A DNA stretch of 64,000 nucleotides from Arcobacteraceae bacterium. GTDB taxonomy: Bacteria > Campylobacterota > Campylobacteria > Campylobacterales > Arcobacteraceae. The stretch covers positions 2,112,001 to 2,176,000 of the forward strand of contig OY759974.1 in the NCBI GenBank assembly GCA_963662945.1, in the 5' to 3' direction. The notes beneath the pieces are model-generated. The model saw only the letters and a list, made by a program, of their open reading frames with translations. It searched no databases and was not told the origin of the DNA. The position numbers and the translations under genes are program-made. Positions 57,157-64,000 of the stretch are shown one piece after another (position 1 is the stretch's first letter; the number at the start of each line of letters is the position of its first letter).

Positions 57157-58224
57157 TTATACGGCAATATCTATAGAATTTACCATACCAGCTCCACTTC
57201 CATCTTCTTTAAGAAAAACTCCATTACTTTTTTGTACGGCTTCTGTGTTGTCAATACTACTTTGGTATTTAAAGCCACTTTGCACATCTCCTAAATAGAT
57301 TGCACCAACATTTAAATCAAGTAATGAAACGAGTTTACCTTCACCTTGTTCATCTATTTGCCAAATTTTTAATTTGTTAAAAACGTCATCATTTTCATCT
57401 ATCCAGTTATTATGGTCTTTATCATAAATAGACAAATCTTTAAACCCATTTCCTGATTCTGTTCCAAATAGTTCACTACCATTATCTATAATGCCATTTT
57501 CATTTTTATCTAAAGCTAAATATCCAGCACCTTGTTTTAACATTGGAATTAAATCTTTTTTTCCATCATTATTTAAGTCAAATTCAAATTTTAATTCACT
57601 TAAATTTTCAAAAGGATTAACATCGTCATCATAGTTAATCACTAATGGGTCAAGGAAACTTTCATCTCCTATAGATATTCTTGTGCTATGTGATTCGTAT
57701 AATTCTTTGGAATAAGAGATAGATAAATTAATATTAAAACTTTTATTTGGAGTTTTTATTTCTAGTGAGGTACTAAAATCTACAGTTTGTTTTTGATAGT
57801 ACTCTTCTGTTTGTTTATAAACCATTCCAAAAAGTCCACTATTATTTTGTGTTCCATTGTCTCTTTGTACATAAGGATTTTGTTGAGGATAATCTAGACT
57901 AACAGATTTGCTTTTTGGATACATATCTATGGTGGTTTTATCTCCATAAAGTCGACCTAAAAGCTTTTCTATTAGAAGTTTTTTTATTCTATCTTCAAGA
58001 CTCATCGTATCTTCATAATCATAAATGATTCTACTTGAAGATACAGTTGTTGTTTGAGAATAATTAAAATCAAGAAAAAAAGCATTACTCTGTTGACTTT
58101 TATTTGCTTCTTCTTGATTTGCATTATTTTGCCCAAAGTGTATTCTTAAATCAGTAGTCGTAGAATGTGAGTACTGAAATGTTGATTCACTGTACATATT
58201 GACGTTTGCACTTTCTATTTTCAT
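57157..58224 (-). CDS. Hypothetical protein with C-terminal Ca-binding module resembling the FrpC self-processing module
   Basis: DPLVINYD, FDLNNDG, LALDKNENGIIDNGSELFG, DKDHNNWIDEND.VF..LKIW. Confidence 0.65.
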   Translation of the reverse strand: MKIESANVNMYSESTFQYSHSTTTDLRIHFGQNNANQEEANKSQQSNAFFLDFNYSQTTTVSSSRIIYDYEDTMSLEDRIKKLLIEKLLGRLYGDKTTIDMYPKSKSVSLDYPQQNPYVQRDNGTQNNSGLFGMVYKQTEEYYQKQTVDFSTSLEIKTPNKSFNINLSISYSKELYESHSTRISIGDESFLDPLVINYDDDVNPFENLSELKFEFDLNNDGKKDLIPMLKQGAGYLALDKNENGIIDNGSELFGTESGNGFKDLSIYDKDHNNWIDENDDVFNKLKIWQIDEQGEGKLVSLLDLNVGAIYLGDVQSGFKYQSSIDNTEAVQKSNGVFLKEDGSGAGMVNSIDIAV

Positions 58225-58256
58225 TAAAAACTCCTTAATTTAAACTATATCAAAGA

Positions 58257-58285
58257 ATTGTATAATAAAAAAGGGTCTTTGTCAA
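58257..58285 (-). promoter_or_regulatory. Near-consensus sigma70 promoter
   Basis: Minus strand TTGACA (58285-58280), 17 nt, TACAAT (58262-58257); SD AAGGAG. Confidence 0.7.
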
Positions 58286-58313
58286 TACCTATTATTATAA
58301 TTTTTAAAATTAT

Positions 58314-59129
58314 CTAGTTTGGTTTTTTATATCCTAACTTTGTCATAATATCCATAGGACTCATATCATAGTTTTCTGCAACTTCTTTAAATTTATCATC
58401 TTCAGAAGCTTCTATGCCTAAAGCTTTTAGTTTATCCAGTAATTCTTTTGGAGATATATTTAAAGCCATTGCTACATCTTTAATTTTCTTTTTTCCTAAT
58501 CCTGTAAGAGCAACTATTTTTTCTCCACTTGCTTCAAAGTTCTTTTTTAAAAGACTATAAATAAATTGTGGACTAACATTATTTTCTTTTGCTATTTGAG
58601 ATAAGCTTTTTTCTAGTTCATATACAATATTATTTTTTTTGAGTATCTCTTCACTTTTTTCTAAATTAAAACCAACTTTTTTACAAAAGCTTTTTAATGA
58701 TGAGAGTTCTGCATGAGAATAGGGTGCTGTACCATATTGTTTTTCCCAACTCTCTTTTATATCAGAACCAAAATCTAAAAATGTAGAAAATGGTGTAATT
58801 TGGTAGAGAGTACCTGTTAAAAATACTATAGTTAATAAAATAGCTATAATCATATCTTGAGTAAATACTATCATCTCTTTGGCAGTATTTTTCATATAAC
58901 TTGTCATTGGCTTCCAATTATAAAAAACATGTAGTATAGTTGCTATAATAAAAAGAACCATAAAAGTTGAATGTATATCAGCATATTGAGTTTTAGTCAA
59001 TCCTAAAAGTTCCCAATTTGCCCAATTTGCAATTCTTCCAGGAGGTGTTATAAATAACATAATACCAGTATAAGTCATAACTATCATTGATAGTAACATT
59101 GTGAGTGAAGTTGTTTTTTTAAGGTTCAT
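58314..59129 (-). CDS. DUF4405-like membrane protein
   Basis: TGIMLFITP.G, IH...LHVFYNW haem-b-type His pair, then soluble helical repeats. Confidence 0.7.
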   Translation of the reverse strand: MNLKKTTSLTMLLSMIVMTYTGIMLFITPPGRIANWANWELLGLTKTQYADIHSTFMVLFIIATILHVFYNWKPMTSYMKNTAKEMIVFTQDMIIAILLTIVFLTGTLYQITPFSTFLDFGSDIKESWEKQYGTAPYSHAELSSLKSFCKKVGFNLEKSEEILKKNNIVYELEKSLSQIAKENNVSPQFIYSLLKKNFEASGEKIVALTGLGKKKIKDVAMALNISPKELLDKLKALGIEASEDDKFKEVAENYDMSPMDIMTKLGYKKPN

Positions 59130-59140
59130 CTAAAATCCTT

Positions 59141-59638
59141 TTAAAGTTTATTGAGTGTTAAAAACAGTTTACCTTGTATTATAGCAAAGAATAGGATATA
59201 TAAAGTCATTAAGATAGTAAAGTGAATTCCAAATATTCCTATCATAAAAGGAAGCATAGGTATTTTTATAGCACGTGCATAAAAGAAAATTATAAGAAGT
59301 TCATCTTTGACACCTTCCTCTCTTAATTCAGATATTAAACCATACCACGCATACATTGGACCATGACTTATAATACCAGCTACTAATGCGTAGAAAATTC
59401 CTTTTTTTCCACTATTTTCTCCAAAATGTTTGATGATATCTTTTGGTTTTAAAAAATAGTTAATAAATGCAGTTAAAATGATGATAAAGATAAATATAGG
59501 TATGAGTGTATAAAGTATTGAAAAAAAAGATTTTAGGGAGATAAGAGCATTATTTGTGTCAAAAAGCAATAATAAAATATATGTGAAGATAACCACATAT
59601 AAAAATTTTAATCCTTTATATTCTATGGTGTTTTTCAT
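59141..59638 (-). CDS. Predicted permease half (DUF318/ArsP-like)
   Basis: GIISHGPMYAWY; four TM segments. Confidence 0.6.
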   Translation of the reverse strand: MKNTIEYKGLKFLYVVIFTYILLLLFDTNNALISLKSFFSILYTLIPIFIFIIILTAFINYFLKPKDIIKHFGENSGKKGIFYALVAGIISHGPMYAWYGLISELREEGVKDELLIIFFYARAIKIPMLPFMIGIFGIHFTILMTLYILFFAIIQGKLFLTLNKL

Positions 59639-60078
59639 CTAAAAATCTCTAAAGTTAAAACAGTGAGATATGCAACAAACATTGTTGCTCCTAAAGTTAA
59701 AATATTTTTATAAAAAGTAAATTTTAAACCAAATACACTCACCTCTGCTGGAAGTTGGACAATACCCAGTGTTACCCAAGAAAGGATAAAGGCACTGACC
59801 GCGTATAATGATACACCTTGGGTTAGTAATTGATCACTTATGATATAACTAACAGCAGGATTTCCAGATGAAATAGCTCCTATAAAAGTACCTGTAAAAA
59901 TATCAGTTATTTTTCCATATCCAAAAAGATGGGCTAACATATCTGGTGTTATATAGGTTTGCAAAATTCCAATAAACCCAATAACTCCCAACAGCATAGG
60001 TATCATTGATAAAAAATTGTCTAGTGCTTTTTTTAAAGCAAATTTTGGCGTCATATTTTCTTTAATTTTTGTATCCAT
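59635..60078 (-). CDS. Predicted permease half (DUF318/ArsP-like)
   Basis: GAISSGNPAVSY, SWVTLGIVQLPAE. Confidence 0.6.
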   Translation of the reverse strand: MDTKIKENMTPKFALKKALDNFLSMIPMLLGVIGFIGILQTYITPDMLAHLFGYGKITDIFTGTFIGAISSGNPAVSYIISDQLLTQGVSLYAVSAFILSWVTLGIVQLPAEVSVFGLKFTFYKNILTLGATMFVAYLTVLTLEIFR

Positions 60079-60199
60079 TTCTATTCTTTTATAGTATTTT
60101 ATAAATTTTATCGCAAATCTTCTATAAAAGATATTTTTTCATATTTATATTAAGTTCCCCTATGATAATATTCTAAAAATTTTAATATAAGATTTACCT

Positions 60200-60718
60200 A
60201 TGAAAAAAATAGAAAAAACAAATACACCGAATTTCATCGATAGAATATTTAAGAAACTCAGTAATATTGATAAAATACTAGAAAATAAAATAGATAAAAT
60301 TTTATTACAATTGATTAATATTTTAAGATATGTTTTTATTATAACAATGATGTTGTACTTATTTATTTGTATTATGAGTTTATCACATAAAATTATTTCC
60401 CTTACAATTAGTCAAGGTGCTTTAGATTTTCAATCAATAAAAATGATTTTAACTGATGGTTTATTTACTCTAATTGTTATTGCAATTGTAAAAACACTGT
60501 TTATTAAAAATGGTTATGATTATGCATTGACATTTTTAGAGATAGGATTTGTTGTTGTAATACGAAAATTAATTCTTTTAGATGCCTCCCCTGAAGAAGC
60601 TATGATGACAATGACATTAGGCGCGACATCTGCTTTATTTTTTATTCTAATTGTGTATGTGCATAATATAAAAAATAAAGCAAAAAAAGAGGAAGAGTTA
60701 CTTTCCAATAGCAAGTAG
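60200..60718 (+). CDS. PsiE-like membrane protein
   Basis: FLEIGFVVVIRKLILL; four TM segments. Confidence 0.6.
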   Translation: MKKIEKTNTPNFIDRIFKKLSNIDKILENKIDKILLQLINILRYVFIITMMLYLFICIMSLSHKIISLTISQGALDFQSIKMILTDGLFTLIVIAIVKTLFIKNGYDYALTFLEIGFVVVIRKLILLDASPEEAMMTMTLGATSALFFILIVYVHNIKNKAKKEEELLSNSK

Positions 60719-61954
60719 ATAGAGAATATTATTCTCTGTCTTTAAAAACTCTTTTGTTTCCTCATCATAATAAGCTCCAATCCCACTACAACCTATTTCT
60801 CTTAGTTCTGATTTTAAATAAATAATTTGTGCAATAAATCCACTTAAAATATTTACTTTTTGGTATGCATGATTTTCATTTGAAGTGAAGTAAAAAGTTA
60901 CTGCACTTTGTCCTCCAAGGTTTTGTTCTAAGCTTAAATAACGAGATCTTGCACTAAAATCACCTTCACTTTGAAGTTGATTATTTTTATATAAGCCTTG
61001 AGCCATTCCTTGCACTCTATGAACAGTATAAAATATATCAATATTATTAGAAGTAGCAAATGTAAAAAGACTTTGCGTGATAAATGCAAAATCACTTTCT
61101 TCTATAGGTAGTTCTCTAAATGCTCTAATAGAACGACGATTTAAAATAGCACTTTTTAGCTGTTCTTTAGGAATTGAATCAAAAAAAGTTAGATTCGTAA
61201 TATCATCGCTTAGATAGTTTGCAGTTTGTTTATATTCTTTTTCTATAAATTGATTTGTTTCTAAAAAATCACAACCACTCACAAATGGTAATCGTTGTCG
61301 TAAAGGTTTTGTTTCTTTATCAGTTTGAGTTGTTGAAGAGATTACACAAGTAAACATCTCATCATCTCTAAACCCAAAGATATCATTTAAACTAAGTTTA
61401 TCAAAATCAAACACTATTTTTGATTCTTTCTCCATTACACAAAGTGCTGCATAAATGCTTCCTAAAGCATGACCAGAATCTAGAAAAATATATCGAATAC
61501 TTCTATCTCTATATTTCCACGAACTTCTAAAATAAATAGAAGAGATTAAAAAAGTAATCCCTTTTTGTTTTGATTTATCTTTAAAATAATATTCGACTCC
61601 ATCATTGTCAATTTCTTGGAGTAAACATAATGATTTAGTATGAGGTTCATAATGATATACACCACTTATCAGTCCATTGATACCTCTTAATTGTACATAT
61701 ATTTCACAAGGATATAAAGCTCCTGCACTAGGATTTGTTCTAAGATAATATTTCCCCTCAGGATACTCTTTTTCAAAAGTAATCCCACCTATTAGATTGA
61801 GATTTTTTAACTCAGGATAATCATCTATAAAAAATCTTTGAGAAAAATGAGGATAAGTTTTAAAGTTTTTAGGTTGCGTTCTCCAATCTAAAAAGTTGGC
61901 ATTTTTACGAATACTCATATAAGAATGGTTTGTTTTATTATGTTGATGTGACAT
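60698..61954 (-). CDS. SagB/ThcOx-like nitroreductase-family protein (two domains)
   Basis: RTNPSAGALYPCE, WKYRDRSIRY..LDSGH, RRSIRAF, GCSGIGAYYD. Confidence 0.85.
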   Translation of the reverse strand: MSHQHNKTNHSYMSIRKNANFLDWRTQPKNFKTYPHFSQRFFIDDYPELKNLNLIGGITFEKEYPEGKYYLRTNPSAGALYPCEIYVQLRGINGLISGVYHYEPHTKSLCLLQEIDNDGVEYYFKDKSKQKGITFLISSIYFRSSWKYRDRSIRYIFLDSGHALGSIYAALCVMEKESKIVFDFDKLSLNDIFGFRDDEMFTCVISSTTQTDKETKPLRQRLPFVSGCDFLETNQFIEKEYKQTANYLSDDITNLTFFDSIPKEQLKSAILNRRSIRAFRELPIEESDFAFITQSLFTFATSNNIDIFYTVHRVQGMAQGLYKNNQLQSEGDFSARSRYLSLEQNLGGQSAVTFYFTSNENHAYQKVNILSGFIAQIIYLKSELREIGCSGIGAYYDEETKEFLKTENNILYLLAIGK

Positions 61955-62047
61955 TATTATAAATCCTTTAAATTGGATTATACATATTATATACCATAAT
62001 TATATTTAACTATTTAGTTACTAAAAAATTTTATAAATTTTTTTATT

Positions 62048-63865
62048 TTACCAACAATAAACTCTATTTCTACCTGTTTCTTTTGCTTGATATAAACCTT
62101 TATCTGCTTTTTCTAAAATCATTTCAAAAGTTTCAAAATCATTTTTTGCACAACTTAGACCAAAAGATGCAGTTACATTTTTTACTTCTGGAAAAGTATG
62201 CATTTCTATAGCTTTTCTTATTTTTTCTGCAATTTTTTGAGCAGTTAGTATATCTGTATTCGTTGTTACTAATACAAATTCTTCTCCTCCCCATCGAGCA
62301 AAAATATCGTATTCTCTAATTTGTTTTTTTACTATAGTAGCTAGTTCTTTAAGAACTTCATCTCCTACACCATGACCATAAGTGTCATTTATATTTTTAA
62401 ACTTATCTATATCTATCATCATCACACACATAGAACTTGTAAAAGGATTGATATCTTTTAGTCTTTCTTCTAAAGCTCTTCGATTGAGTATTTTTGTAAG
62501 AGAATCTATTTCTGCTTTATTTTTTAATGTTATGTTTATTTTTTTTAGTTCTATTTGTTTTTTTTGTAAAATAGTTAAAAGATAATTAAAAAATTTTGCT
62601 ACAAGTCCAACTTCTGTTCCTCTTTCTTCATGTATTTTACTTTGAATATTCCCTGTTTTCATAATCTTTACAATACTTTCAATAGTATCTACCCAAGGAA
62701 GTTTTGCATTATGTTCACTTACATTTAAACCTAATACTTCATGTCTTTTTCGTACTCTTAAAAGACCTATTTTTGCTAAGAAAAGAAAAAAAGCTATACC
62801 AATAAAAAAAGCAAAAACAAAAGCCGTAGAGATACCAAGAGTTTGTACTAAAATATACTCTATACGAGTTTGTCCTTCTTGAAGTGGTGCAAAAATACCA
62901 ACAGCTAATGTTCCCCAGATACCTGCAAATCCATGAACTCCAACAACACTTAAAGGGTCATCTATTTTAAACTTCTTTAAGATAAGTTGGTCAAAAAAGA
63001 ACATAATAAAAGCTGACATTAAACCAACAAAAGCTGAAATATGTGTTGTAAATTGATCACAACCAGCCGTAATACCTACAAGACCTGCAATAAGACCAAA
63101 TGAGAAAATTTCTACACCAACTTTATCTTTATTGATAAGACTTATGAGCCATCCTCCAAGTCCACCAAAGGCAGCTGCAATAGTTGTATTTAAAAGAATT
63201 GTAGTTACGAGTGGGTCAAATTTGAGTAAACTTCCTGCATTAAATCCAAACCAAGCAAAAAAAAGTATAAAAACACCAAACACAATGAAGTTATGATTAC
63301 TTGGGGCAAAATAATTTATACGACCATGTTTAAATTTTCCTAATCTTGGACCTAATATTAATGCCCCAGCTAATCCAATCCAAGCACCAATGGAGTGTAC
63401 AACTGTAGAACCTGCAAAATCTTTAAAACCTAGATTTTGAAGCCATCCATTTTCTCCCCAAGCCCAATGTCCAAAAATAGGGTAAATAAAAGAAGTAACA
63501 ATAATTGCAACTACAATATAAGCATTAAACTTCATTCTTTCAGCAACAGCACCCGATACGATTGTTATGGCAGTTGCTGCAAACATTGCTTGAAAAAAGA
63601 AAAAGCCATTTTCATTTAAGTTTGTTCCCTCAATTGCAAAATTACTAAAACCAATAATTCCACCAATATCAGTACCAAACATCAGTCCAAAACCAATAAG
63701 CCAAAAAAAGATAAGACTAAATACTGTATCAATGAGGTTTTTCATAGCTACATTGATAGTATTTTTTGATCTTACTGTTCCAGTTTCAATAAGTGCAAAA
63801 CCAAGTTGCATCATAAACACCAAAAATGCACAAAGCAGTATCCAAAGTAAATCAATATTTTCCAT
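62048..63865 (-). CDS. Ammonium transporter (Amt) fused to a GGDEF diguanylate cyclase
   Basis: FMMQLGFA, SGAVAER, DFAGSTVVH, WFGFNAGS, DDPL..VGVHG; C-terminal DSLT, REYD I-site, RWGGEEF. Confidence 0.93.
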   Translation of the reverse strand: MENIDLLWILLCAFLVFMMQLGFALIETGTVRSKNTINVAMKNLIDTVFSLIFFWLIGFGLMFGTDIGGIIGFSNFAIEGTNLNENGFFFFQAMFAATAITIVSGAVAERMKFNAYIVVAIIVTSFIYPIFGHWAWGENGWLQNLGFKDFAGSTVVHSIGAWIGLAGALILGPRLGKFKHGRINYFAPSNHNFIVFGVFILFFAWFGFNAGSLLKFDPLVTTILLNTTIAAAFGGLGGWLISLINKDKVGVEIFSFGLIAGLVGITAGCDQFTTHISAFVGLMSAFIMFFFDQLILKKFKIDDPLSVVGVHGFAGIWGTLAVGIFAPLQEGQTRIEYILVQTLGISTAFVFAFFIGIAFFLFLAKIGLLRVRKRHEVLGLNVSEHNAKLPWVDTIESIVKIMKTGNIQSKIHEERGTEVGLVAKFFNYLLTILQKKQIELKKINITLKNKAEIDSLTKILNRRALEERLKDINPFTSSMCVMMIDIDKFKNINDTYGHGVGDEVLKELATIVKKQIREYDIFARWGGEEFVLVTTNTDILTAQKIAEKIRKAIEMHTFPEVKNVTASFGLSCAKNDFETFEMILEKADKGLYQAKETGRNRVYCW

Positions 63866-64000
63866 GAGTATTTTATGTCCTAAAGTTATTTTTTTATTCT
63901 AGCACATAAAATAGTTGAAGAGTTTATAGGGATTATATACTTTTTATACAATATTTATTGTTTTACTATTTCTTGAAGTTTTGAAATATTTAAAAGTGTC

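Noticed and set aside
1-64000. Phase-variable poly-G/C tracts, tRNA/rRNA genes, prophage, defence or mobile-element genes
   Set aside because: None seen; poly-A/T runs are expected at this base composition and do not break the called ORFs

Overview
A very AT-rich bacterial chromosome segment. Promoter style, Opr-type porin, Fur paralogues and gene families point to Campylobacterota, probably Arcobacteraceae/Sulfurimonas-like; this is an inference. I found no rRNA, tRNA, CRISPR array, transposase or integrase. Roughly 5-54 kb is a metal-homeostasis and peroxide-defence supercluster with many 7-1-7 Fur boxes. Order: CPA2/NhaA antiporters; a response regulator / CCP-like dihaem protein / histidine kinase unit ahead of a canonical cytochrome c peroxidase; a peroxiredoxin; a putative Zn-uptake operon with two TGCAAC-N3-GTTGCA (Zur-type) boxes; a porin-ferritin-imelysin-DHOR-imelysin-desaturase-MauG-like operon; three TonB-dependent receptor/ABC modules, one yersiniabactin/pyochelin-uptake-like without biosynthesis genes; tonB, exbBD, flavodoxin, two Fur, two MntP, two CDF and fbpABC. 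The right end has a haem-c sensor phosphodiesterase, a protein with an FrpC-like Asp-Pro self-processing module and an Amt-GGDEF fusion. Best candidates for undescribed biology: (1) a three-component system whose periplasmic peroxidase paralogue has lost both canonical distal haem ligands; (2) the imelysin/dihaem/desaturase/ferritin operon with a duplicated, covarying two-hairpin element and an unannotated His-rich leader peptide; (3) the self-processing-module protein. All family calls come from motif recognition by eye, not database searches.
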